The translations under genes and the position numbers were made by a program. Positions 40,720-52,326 of a DNA stretch of 64,000 bases are shown piece after piece. Numbering within the stretch: the stretch's first letter is position 1; each line of letters begins with the position of its first letter. Location of the stretch: contig JBHGNT010000002.1 in the NCBI GenBank assembly GCA_043228905.1, forward strand, positions 25,668,001 through 25,732,000, written 5' to 3'. The notes under the pieces are model-generated. The model did no database searches. It saw nothing but the letters and a program-made list of their open reading frames with translations, and was not told the DNA's origin. This DNA comes from Azolla caroliniana (Eukaryota; Plantae; Polypodiophyta).

Positions 40720-41290
40720 AAATTGTAATTAGCTTTTGCCTTTCTCTTCCTTTTTATCGTAATTAGCTTTTAAAAGTTACAAGCACTATGTCAATTTAGC
40801 TTTTGCCCTAGTGGTAAGTTGCACTATGTCTTTTATTGTAATTCCCTTACCGTAGCGGTAAGTTCTTAGACTACGAGCACTATGATAGGTTGCACTATGT
40901 CTTTTATCGTAATTCGCTTACCGTAGCGGTAAGTTCTTAGACTACGAGCACTTCATCTTGGGTTTCAAGAGCTTACCTTAGTGGTATTAAGCTAAGCACT
41001 ACATTTTGAGTTTCTTTTGTTTACTAATAATTAGCTTTTGTTTTTCTCTTCTTCTTTTTTCGTAATTAGTTTTTGCCGATAAGTTGTTAAGAGTACAAGC
41101 AAGCACTATGTCAAATTAGCTTACCCTAGTGGTAAGTTGCACTATGCCTTTTATCGAGCACTATATCTTGGGTTTCAAGAGCTTACCTTGGTGGTAATAA
41201 GCTAAGCACTACATTTTGAGTTTCTTTTGTTGGGAGCCCAATTTTCTCACCTCTCTATTATTGACCTCAATGGGCAACCTTACCAAACAT
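40720..41290 (-). mobile_element. Rearranged, internally amplified copy of the SINE-like element in the RPN13 promoter
   Basis: Repeated GTAATTAGCTT, CTTACC(C/G)TAG(T/C)GGTAAG, GCACTAT and ATCTTGGGTTTC modules, then CCCAATTTTCTCACCTCTCTATTAT and TTGACCTCAATGGGCAACCTTACC. These match the reverse complement of 50595-50773. Confidence 0.7.
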
Positions 41291-41303
41291 ACGAAGTAAT
41301 TGT

Positions 41304-41375
41304 TGCCCCCATTGAGGATCGAACTCAAGACCTTCAGTTTACAAGACTAACGCTCTACCACTGAGCTATAGAGGC
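41304..41375 (-). tRNA. trnT-UGU: tRNA-Thr(UGU)
   Basis: GCCTCTATAGCTCAGTGGTAGAGCGTTAGTCTTGTAAACTGAAGGTCTTGAGTTCGATCCTCAATGGGGGCA is a 72-nt cloverleaf. Anticodon loop CTTGTAA, T-arm TTGAG/CTCAA, intact A and B boxes. Confidence 0.95.
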
Positions 41376-43689
41376 CAAGTTTAACAAAAAAGAACAATAG
41401 CATTCTCTATCCCTTTCTCTCTATTCACGTACAAAAATCACACTCCCTTGATGTAGCCTAAACTCTTTGAGTACACCCGTGTTGCAATGCATGAACAACA
41501 TTTTCCTTTTTTTGTTAGTTTCTATGACAAGGAAGCCAGCCTCGCAATGCTTCTTCACGACCTTGCTTATTTTGAAAAAACATATGGTAGGACTTTACAG
41601 CGGGCAAAAAGAATAACATTGTCCAAGATTTATGCTCTCTATGCACGTTTCAATGGGTTGAAGCATTAAGAAAAACTATTTTCCCCTACTAAGTTGTAAG
41701 TTCCCTAGACCTTGTGCCAATTGACATTTGTCCATGTAGATAAGTAATACTTGTGATCCTTAGTTGTTATATAATGTTAATTTGTTAAGCATACATCGTC
41801 TCCCTTACATGCAATTGTTGGAGTTGAGTGTTTTTAGTTTTGGAGCTTGTATAGTTCATTATTCCACGCAACTTTGAACCTATTTGTGTTGCTTAATGAG
41901 GATTTTCATTTCTTGAACTATAAACTACTTCTTAGTGTTATATCAACTCATGATTGTATAAAGCTTGAGATCCATAAAGGTGTGATGCACTTGCACCCTC
42001 GCATTATAGAGGGTTGCATTCATCAAATTCTTTCTTTAACTTAAAATCACCTCTTGGGATCTACAATCACAAACATGTGTCCTTTGGTGATTCGTTTGAT
42101 TCTCAAACAACTACTGTGGATGTACTATGTTAGAAGTGACATATTTACCACATTCTTTTGATGGTTATTGCTCCTTCTTGAGCCAACCCTAATTATCATG
42201 AACTAGTTGGTCAAATAGTACATTGGCTTCAATGGATGCCACTCTCATTATCGTGGAGAGTATAGTCCATTAGTTTAAGGAATATATATCATTCCCATTA
42301 CATGTATATACATACACATCCTGGATAGGGCTTTTTTCTTTACTCACATCATTAAGGTTTCATTAATTGTACTTGCAAAGTGATGTGGTGTTATATGATT
42401 GATTCTCAAGTGGTTCAATATACCAATACCTATTGTTTGTACATGTATTTGTCATATTGTTACAACTTCCTTGTATTAAATGGAGAGTTGACAATTATAT
42501 AGTTGTTAAATTTATGCACTATGTTGTTAGCATTTGGATATGCATTGTACCTTTCATTTATTGTTGAAATAGTTGTCCAAAGAAAAAAATTGACCTCACT
42601 TTGTATCTCTTTAGTATGTATGCGAACAATGTTTCTTTACATACCCAATCAATTTTTTGTGAATTCTTGTAGATTTTCTCATAAGTACAACCCCTTTGTG
42701 CTGTTTTCTAATCTTTGTATTTTCATCCATGATAATTGGTAACAATTTATGATTGTCTCATAGTTATTTACTCAAAGGTGTAGATGGTACACCTCAATGC
42801 TTGCACGCTTATTATTCAATATTTGATGATATAATGTAGCACAAAAAACAATGCTTGATTAACATTCGATTGTCAAAAGAGAAACTTTGTTTATGTTATG
42901 GTGTGGTTATTTCAACAAAGAAGGCATCACAATGGTTTATAATCAATGCATAAAAAGCAAGGTTTGTTCATTGGTCAATTACATAAAAGGAAACATTGTA
43001 TATGTTATAATAGCTTAATTTGTAAACGAATATATGATGGCTTGATGCATAGTAGAACACAAAGGACTGCGAATTCAAACATACTCAAAGACAAGAATGT
43101 ATTTTGGTGAGAATCCATGTGCAAGGTGAATATGTAAACGCGAACAACAAATTATCTACTAAGTACCCCGCCCTCTCAATTAAAGATCATGTTCAATTAT
43201 GATATACACATTGACAATTATGATCACAAATCCATGCTCATCATAATCAAACCACGATAATTGCATTGACAACCATACTCATGGCTTACAAGCTATCCCG
43301 AGAACTTCAACCACGAAAGCTAAAAAGAGACAAAAGGGCGTTCCTTTTTTAGATACGAGCCGAATAGTGATAACAAACATGACGTTTCTCAAACACTGGT
43401 GATACGATGGTACATAAATTGTGGACCAATGTTTCGAGTAAAGAAGGAGATAACATTGGGCGGGGGTGATTCGGTGATTTTTTATTACCATTTATTTTGT
43501 TTGGATTCTGAGGTACCAGAGACTGCCATGGCACAAGGAGATGCAGAAGAAGAAGAAGAAGAAGAAGAAGAAGAAGAAGGAGGAGGAGGATTGAAACATG
43601 GCAATAAAAATGACCAGAATAACCCCTCGAACACAGACAGACCTTTTTAGGGGTATTCACTGTAAATATCCAAAACCTCGGGCGTGGCT

Positions 43690-45952
43690 ATGGCGTTTCT
43701 CTTCAACACCAGCACGACGATGTGGAGTCTGCAGAAGAAGCGCGCCATGGCTTCTTTTCTTGCATACCCTCGCATCTGCTTGTCTCGTCTCTGCACCGAA
43801 CACGAAACAGAGAAGATAAAGAGGGAGAAGGGAACAGACCCCATTGTCAGCGATGGAGACGGAGACGGAAATGGAAATGGCGACGGAGAGGGACGGGGGA
43901 TTTGGAAATGGTCTATTCGAAAGCGGATATGGGATATTCTTGAACGAGATAACGTGGCTTCTTACCCTCGCCCTGTCCACCATCGCATCCCAAATTTCGT
44001 TGGGGCACCTATGGCAGCATCAAAGGTAATTAAATTCTCGCCGAGACTCAAGACCTCCTTTCTTCTTTCGGCTCTTTTGAATTTGTTGCTGTAGGTGAAC
44101 AACCACTTTCCTGGCTAAGCATATAAATGTAAAACGGAGAACACTTTTAGCTTTATTCTACGCTGTTTGCATCTGTTCTCGCATTAAGATCAATCTTGTG
44201 TAATTCAGAAGTCTTTCCGACCACAGAGTGTAGACATGACTTTGCAGAAAAGATCAAGTTAGAATCACCTTTTTCTTGTTTTTTTAACTGGAAGTTTCTT
44301 TAGCTGAGCATGTCTAGACATGATTTTGGAGGAATAACCCATCTTGAATTGCTTAGCGTGTTGATTTAATCACGAGAAAGTTTGAGCAATAATCTGATTC
44401 TGGCTTAGCACTTATGGGGTATGGTGTATAATTTTCGGTGTGACGGAACAAATGTTTTTATTATATATATGTATACATACGTACACATACGTATGTATAC
44501 AAGTGCGTACACTGCATGAAAACACACTGTCCAAATTAATGTGTGAGAATCATAAGCAAACCATTGCATCCCAACATTTTCCACAGCAGGTGGATCAGCG
44601 TCACATCTAGCTCACTCTTTCTGTTGTTTTAAGTTAAACTGTTCACAAATTTGAGAAATATCAAGCATAATAATACTTTACTAAATTTAGTGCATTTGAT
44701 TTACACAAATTTATTTCATTTTTAAGCAAGTTAGCTAGCCTTCCAGAATTTGTATCTGCCAAGTGCATCAAGGTCAATCCGGATTCTCCTCAGAAGCAAG
44801 TGCGTTATCTTACTTTATCTGGTACATCTTCCTACATTCGATGTTCTAAAAGCATAATGGTACAATTGCAATTTTTTTAGTGAAATCTGTGATGTTCCTA
44901 CAGGGAATAAGAAATTATTGGTGCCACAACCAAGATTGAGAACTGGGTTCTTCTCAGAGCTAGATGCTGCTTCTCTCACCAAAAGTGTCTTTGCAGAGGC
45001 TTGCACCACCGCTGGGGCTGCCAAATATGGGAAACCTATTGGAACAGATGCTAAGCTAAAAGTTGATTTGATTGTCATCGGGTCAGTTGCGGTAGATCCA
45101 ATCACTGGCGCACGACTTGGCAAGGGAGAGGTGTGTGCTTGGATTATAATTATTAGCACTAAGAGTGACTCTTTTATTTTAAGACTATAGTCTGCCCAAG
45201 GATATTTGGAGAAATAAGAAAAATGCAGAGATGTCTTGTGGTTAAAATTTTTGCACTCTTATTTAGTTACACGACTCACATTATGCAAAGGTGCTATTGG
45301 AAACTTATAATGAGATGTCATTTGATATGATTAAAGTGAAACGCCATTGAGTTGAGTGTTGTCCATTGAAAAATTTACCATGTAGGGGTTTGCTGAATTG
45401 GAGTATGCAATTTTAAGATACATGGGTGCCATTGATGACTCCACACTAGTGGTCACCACAAGTAAGGCAACAATTTTCCTGGTTTATGAGATCAGATCCT
45501 TTGAACCATCATTATAATTTATGATATTTTTTATTTATAAATCTCTTGTTTAGTTCATGACAAACAGCTGGTCAATGACATTCCGGCATCAAAATTGCGG
45601 GTTCATGATGTGCCTGTGGATGTAATTTGCACTCCAACTCAAGTAATTTATACTGGCACTAAAATTCGAAAACCACAAGGTTTCTGGCTGATACAATTGT
45701 ATGTTGGTTTTTTTGTAATTCATCAAAAGTATTTGATAAGGGTTGGATGTAAATCCATGATGTGTGGGGATTTTGGTAGGCATATATTGGGATCTTCTTT
45801 CACCTCAAAAGTTGGCTCAAATACAAGTTTTGCAAGATTTAAAGCAGCAAATCGAGCTAGAAACAGGTGAAAAGCTTCCGATTGGGCTCTCTGAAGAACT
45901 TCCTCCTCTTGCTGAAAGGAACCAAACATGGAACAAAGGTTGCAAGTCGTAG
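43690..45952 (+). CDS. COG0212: 5-formyltetrahydrofolate cyclo-ligase-like protein (COG0212 / MTHFSD family), probable plastid transit peptide
   Basis: Exons: 43690-44025, 44731-44821, 44904-45130, 45386-45461, 45554-45679, 45780-45952. Motifs: [93 protein letters not shown]. Confidence 0.93.
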
Positions 45953-47731
45953 TTATGTGTTTTGAAAAGAGATAAGAGGAAAGAAGAAGTTACATCCATA
46001 CAAGAGGAAGTATGTTTCGTTTTTCTCTTGATGGGGGAGTAAATTTGCATCAACCAAGGGAGGTGGGAGTTGAGCTTCCCACTGCTCTGCCAATGCTTCA
46101 GTGAACCATGTTGGAAGTATATAGAATGATTCAAAAGCCCAATCCTGGCAAACAAGGAAGATTTTGGAAAAGAGTTTTTTCTTCAAGTACCAGCTGATTA
46201 TTTGTTTCTACGGGGTAAAACAATGGTTGCACATTCTTGAGATTCCTGTATTTCATAGTTCTAAAAGTATCTATTCTAGCTGCCTATTTAATCCCATGCA
46301 TTGTGTCAACTGGTTCCATCTCCTTCACATGGGGAAGGCTATAATAATTAATCTAGTAGAAACCTCAAGAGATGAAGCATTTATGTCTTATTTGTCATGA
46401 ATTTATCTCTAATTGACAATCGGATGAGAGCTATGGATCAATGTATGATATATACAACTTTCGTGTCCTTTGTTTGATTAATAATAACGAGTTTGTACAT
46501 TAATTCTTAGCCTGTATTGAGTTGATTGTTTGGCTCTTACTTGAGTTTGCTTTTGATCGATTGGATTAACTACAACTGTTTATACTTTGGCAACATAAGT
46601 TTAGTTTTGTTGCATAACTTGGATCCACTTTACTATAGGCAATGTTCTATAATTGATTGCTGGTCTCACGAACCAACTACTAGCAAGCTTAATTGCTACA
46701 AGAACATTGGCAATGAGCCATGAGCCATCTTCCTCGTTGAATATGTAGAAAAACTACATTGGGTAATGCTACAAATTTTATAGGAGTTCAACATACGTAA
46801 ATAAATAGATAAATTTACTTGTACTTTTGTCACCTCAATAAACATTCCCAATAAACAATTTATGAGAATTGAATGATATTTTAGTGAATGGTGCACCTTT
46901 TCCTTGACACTAAGGTTGGCATTGCTTTAAATGGTCAAGAAGGAAGGAGGGGAATTCTAGACGTCACTTGCACTAACAACACCATGTCAATGTGTTGAAT
47001 GGACAAATTAGAAACTATGAAAGCCTCCATCACTACTCACATTTTGTCATCATACATACAACAAAGTTGGGTGTCGTTGTTTAAATAAGACTTCAACATT
47101 GCTTATCATTACTAATCATTTATATAGAAACATTGACCATATCATTGCTTCCAATGGAAAATATGGAAAGGCTTCAATGGTGTTCCCATCTACTTATCAG
47201 AGAGCTTTAGATGGACAACGAAGGGTTCAATCTATGATTTATCTCCACCAATCAACTATTTATACAGGAACAATGTCCATGTCATTGCTTATAATGGAGA
47301 ATGCGGAAACTAGGAGACATTTTGACACTACTCACATCCACCCATCAACATATTGAACATGGACTACTTACTTGCTAGTGCATGGAATGGGCAATGAAGA
47401 AAATGAGAGTCGAAGGCTTCATGGAAAAGCAAAGTATTGGGAGGGAGCTTCCCTAGAGTAATATATTATATAATGGGCACACGGTAAGTTAAATCATTTT
47501 TGGCGAGTCACGTCACGTCGAGCCAAGGAAAAGAAAAGTCAGTCAAGTGAAGTGAAGTGAAGATATATATATGTAAATGCGCGAGAAAAGAAGAGTCGGT
47601 CAAGTGAAGTCAAGTCAAGATAGATTGCGCACATAGAGGGCAAGTGAAAGAGGCAAACGAAGCAGAGAAGTATTTGTGGAAATAAAAAACAGAAGGTTTT
47701 ACTTTATTTGTTGTTGTTGGGGGGAGGGGGA

Positions 47732-47849
47732 ATGCCAATGCTCTGCCTGCGTACCAATGTTCGTGTGGATGCTCTCCTCACTTCCCACATCCTTCAACAA
47801 ACGTCCTCCTCTGTGGCTACCATCCTCTCCAAACCACAACAGGTATGGT

Positions 47850-47916
<67 letters not shown>

Positions 47917-50544
47917 ACTATTAGAAGATAGAGATTTTTGAACGCTCACGAGAGACCCAAGTATGGTATCTTTGAATACGGGCCGAACCCATAGAGAGGT
48001 TCCAACCTGGCTTTAACTCAGGTTTATGACTTGAAAGAGATGTTTTTGGGCAACGCCTATGGAGACCAAAAGAAGTTTTCGGGGCTAAACCCATGGCCAG
48101 GATCAAACTTTGGGCTCTCTCAAATTTATGAGTTAGGAGGGAGGGAGGGTTTTGAATGTCCATGGCTGAGATCATGGCAAAGGTCAAACTTGGGTTTGTG
48201 TCAATTTTATGAGTTTGAGAGAGAGAGAGAGAGAGAGAGAGGCTATGTTACTGCATTGTTTGGTTTATCAACACAAACACAAGACACAGGAGAATGCTAT
48301 AAGTGTTTTTATGTGTATGTATATATATGTATGTGGGTATGCCTGTCTAAGTATGTATTGCAAATGAGGTATGCGTGTATATATGTATATATTGATAAAA
48401 AATGTGTGTGTATGTAGGTATTTGTGTCTTATGTATGTAGCATGAAAAAAATGTGCGTGTGTATGTATTACAATAATAGCTATATGTGGGGTTGATGTTG
48501 AGTAGTATTGCCTAGAAGGTTTACCATACAATATCCCACCATAATCGTGCGATAGTTGTTGAGCTAATTTCTATTCCTTCCTTTGAATAACTTTCCAATC
48601 CATTTATTTGCCAATTTTGAAGAATACCTTATGCTATTGCCCAATTTAGCAATGCATCCATCCATTCTTTAGCCATAGGGCCAGTCTGTTTTAGCATTTC
48701 GGAGTATGATGAAGTATAGCTATTTTGAAGCTTTTCCTGCTTCTCATTACCTGTTCGTAGTCAAAACTTCCCTGTGCATTATGGAACATGTCGGTCATGG
48801 TTTTCAATCCATGTATAATTGTTCCACACACACATACACATGAGAAGGAGGCATCCACTAGGGCCAAAATTGGCCTATGAGACTAATCATGATTATAAAT
48901 ATGGGTGAATTCATGTCATGCATACTAAATCAAAATAAAAGCTCTACATTTTCTAAAGCTTTTTTATGATGACGATCTTAATAATTGTGATGGAATGGTT
49001 TTGGAGATGGTTTACAAGCATGAAGTGCAGAGAATGAGATAGATAGATTTTATCATCATCCTTGAAGGTCAAATATGACATTTAGGACTAAAATTGAATT
49101 ATTTGTACATATTAGGTGTGGTATTGAGTAATGACTCCTGATCTGAAAGAAATTTATTGATAAATGTTGCAACCTAGAGTGCACATTGTGATGATGAGAG
49201 CATTGCGTGTAGTAGTGGACTGGATTGACAATGTGTGGAAAACAAATTCAAATATGATCAAATTCAATGCATTGTGTCGAAATGTGATATGCAAAGTCAA
49301 TGAGTTATCTCACTTGTATCCCAATGCCTTGCTAAGTCGAATTGAAGCAATGGTGTGAATTGAATTAAACACTTTTTTAGTGCAAAATATGCAAAGTCAA
49401 TGAGTCGCCTCACTTGTACCCCCAATGCCCTACTAAGTCGAATTGAAGCAATGGTGTGAATGGCGGACAAAGGGATGGGCTCTAGTATGTATTAATGAGC
49501 ACGGTTTCCTCATCTAGAGAAGAAGATGGTTTTGTAGTTTGGTGAGAGAAAATAGAATAGATTGTTTAAAATCCACAAGGAGGCTAATTTTGACTCATGG
49601 GATCAAATAACATATCATCTTGTATGTGGCTCCTTCCTAAGATGGGGGTTATTACTCTTAGTAAAAACTCTCTGTGAGAATAATGCACACAAATACAATC
49701 ACCCTACTTGGTGGAGATTTGAGCATGACATTTAAATTATCATGTCCATCAAACAAGTCATCATACTTCTTGTGAATTACCTTATATGCTGAGCATGTGA
49801 GAAGCAAGTGATATTCATCCTCCATTACGTTTCCATTGCACACATTGCATATCTTCATACTTGGGTGTTGCTGCCATGATGCTATCTCAGCGCCTAACTT
49901 GTATGAGTAAGTTCAAAGAACTGTTAAGGCTTTCTGAGAACCAAGGCTCTTGGGGGGAATAAGATGTGGTTGGATGTGTTCTGGCATTTTTAGTCAAATA
50001 GATAGATATTTTTAGTGTCTATAGAAAGGCCAAAATTGACCCATGGGACCTACAAAAGTTTTTCTTGATGTGTGTCTCCTTCCTAAGAAGGAATATTCAT
50101 ACTTTGAAGCACCAAGTCTTGATGTGTGAAAAAGGGATACACATATAAACTCAATCTTCGAAGAGTTCTCTTTAGTGTGACACTCAAGTCATCATCCCCT
50201 CTTAATATATTATCACAGCTTCCAACAATTGCACTATATGCAGAGCATATAAAGGGGGTGGGGGGATAGCTAGATAGATAGATAGATTATATTATTGTCT
50301 TCGGAAGTCAAATATGACCTATGAGACCAAAAATATTACATTTCACGTGATATGTGTGAAGGTGAGTAGCGACTCTCGATGTTCAAGAACTTTACCAATG
50401 AATGTTGCAATCGAGAGTGCCCATCGTGGTTGTGAGAGAAATTCATGCAAGGATTGGGCTTGATCAGAGAGATGTGGAAAGCATGGTCGAATATGATCAA
50501 AGGCAGAGCATTGTATCAAAGTGTGATACTCAGACTCTCGAACT

Positions 50545-50575
<31 letters not shown>

Positions 50576-50771
50576 AGATGGATGTAGCTCAGGTGGTAAG
50601 GTTGCCCAATGGAGACCAAGTGGTCATGGGTTCAACCCCTACATTCCACAGTGGCATCTAGTGAAATAGAGATATATATGAAGTACATAATAGAGAAGTG
50701 AGGAAATTGGGTTTCGAACCCAAGATATAGCCCTTGTAGTGTTATCGACTTACCACTAGGGTAAGCTAATT

Positions 50772-50840
<69 letters not shown>

Positions 50841-52074
50841 TTGAGATTGAGATTGAGATTGAGATTGAGATTGAGATTGATTGATTGATTGATTATATTG
50901 TCATTTTCGGAGGTCAAATATGACCTATGAGACCAAAAATATCAAAGTGTGATACTCAGACTCTCAAAGTTGTTTAGGGCAAAGTGTGCATAGTCGACCA
51001 CTCTCATCACTTGTGCCCCAACACCCCGTCTCACATCGCAATGCATGTGAGCTAAGTCACATGGAAGCAATGGTTCGAATGGCAGACAACGGGATGGGCT
51101 CTAACATGTATTGATGTGTACGGTTTTCCCGTTCTCGAAGAATATGGTTTTGTAGTTAGGTGCAACATGTGTAGTATAATGTGTGAAGCGTGAGCCTCCA
51201 CATTTTTCCTATGTCATGATACATTGGCACTGCAAAAAGGTCTCATTTACAAAGGAATCTAGTGATGCATCATGAAACAAATGTGTTGCATCCCATCTAC
51301 TAAACCACTTTTTCATATCTTGCATCCAACCGAAACACAAACTTTTGCTTTATGTGTTTTTTAGATCTTTTTGCTTGCTTCTCATTCAATTCTAGGAAGT
51401 CGATGTGATGTGGCAACATTCCTAATTACAACTTTTTCAAAACCTTCTTCCTTTACAAACTTGGCAACCATTTCTGCCAATTCATCAATGCATAGACCAA
51501 ATAGAGTCGGTAAGAGTGGGCATCCTTGCTTAACACCAATAGTGCTATTGAAAAATTCTGAAAGTTTATCGCTCATATGCACAAAACATATAACCTTCTC
51601 ATATATTGGGGAGATTGCAAACATATATTCACTTGGTACCTCAATTACTTCCATTTGCCTTCAAAGATGCCCACGAGGTATCATATCAAAAGCTTTCTTG
51701 AAGTCTACGAAGCAATAATAAGCTTTCTTGAAGTCTATGTTGCAAGGCATGATTAAACAGATTGCTTATCCATGCATGTGCTTCATTTCCCGTCCATTTG
51801 AGCATTTCAACCTTTATTCGTTGAAGATCACTTGCCTTTCGAGAGGCCAATTTTTTAAGTCCTATGCATATATCTTCATTGTAAATAAGGGAGACATATG
51901 TGAAAGAAAACCATAACACGTGTCATCTTTTCGGCAAGAGATAGCTCATATAAATTCTGACAATGCATAGGCAAGTCAAGAAGAGTTAAGTCACCATAAC
52001 TTTTAACGAGTTTCCCCTTTAAATTCCCCAAAATTTAGCACATGCATGCGCTTTCTCTTGCATTTGGAGAAATT

Positions 52075-52111
<37 letters not shown>

Positions 52112-52326
52112 CTTCCCTTATATAGTCCGTGATGGTGTTGTTGGAGGACAATGTTGCTGTGCACTACAATGCTGGGGAGGAGCGAGCAGCTTGGGGTGAG
52201 CTTGTATCCATCGGGGGTCTTGGACCAGAGCAAAATGCAACATTATGTTGTGCAATATCAGAAATTCTCGAGGAAAAACTTGATATTCCAAAGAATCGCA
52301 TCTATTTACGCTTTCAAGATGCCAAG
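47732..52326 (+). CDS. MIF/D-dopachrome tautomerase-like (MDL) protein, exons 1-2; terminal exon not located
   Basis: Exon 1 47732-47842 gives MPMLCLRTNV..ILSKPQQ (N-terminal catalytic Pro). Exon 2 52126-52326 gives SVMVLL..AAWGELVSIGGLGPEQNATLCCAISEILEEKLDIPKNRIYLRFQDAK. Both exons are followed by GT donors. Confidence 0.85.
47852..47913. repeat. (AG)n microsatellite at the start of MIF intron 1
   Basis: Direct sequence. Confidence 0.95.
49035..49950 (-). mobile_element. Stacked RTE LINE 3' fragments in MIF intron 1
   Basis: 49040-49530 is homologous to 50283-50544 and 51060-51160. ORF 49658-49858 gives KICNVC...MEDEYHLLLTCSAY. Confidence 0.6.
50270..50544 (-). mobile_element. RTE LINE 3' end fragment with (CTAT)n tail
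   Basis: GTCAAATATGACCTATGAGACCAAAA family end, homologous to 37580-37810 (+). Confidence 0.7.
50573..50775 (+). mobile_element. tRNA-derived SINE-like element embedded in (AG)n
   Basis: A box TAGCTCAGGTGG and B box GGTTCAACCCC in a tRNA-like head ending CATTCCA. A second tRNA-like module lies on the opposite strand at the other end. Flanked by (AG)n on both sides, with related copies at 25.7 and 41 kb. Confidence 0.8.
50776..50892. repeat. Compound microsatellite (AG)n-(GATTGA)n-(GATT)n forming the RTE tail
   Basis: Direct sequence; it adjoins the LINE 3' end. Confidence 0.9.
50893..51920 (-). mobile_element. RTE-clade LINE reverse-transcriptase fragment with internal deletions
   Basis: ORF 51382-51654 gives SEFFNSTIGVKQGCPLLPTLFGLCIDEL (RT domain 4). 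FVDFKKAFD occurs at ~51684-51710 (-), and LKKLASRKA.DLQ.IKVEMLKW upstream. Confidence 0.85.

Noticed and set aside
40720-41260. Repeat-spacer-like array resembling CRISPR
   Set aside because: The 'spacers' are themselves repeated modules of a SINE-like element. The context is eukaryotic and there are no cas genes.
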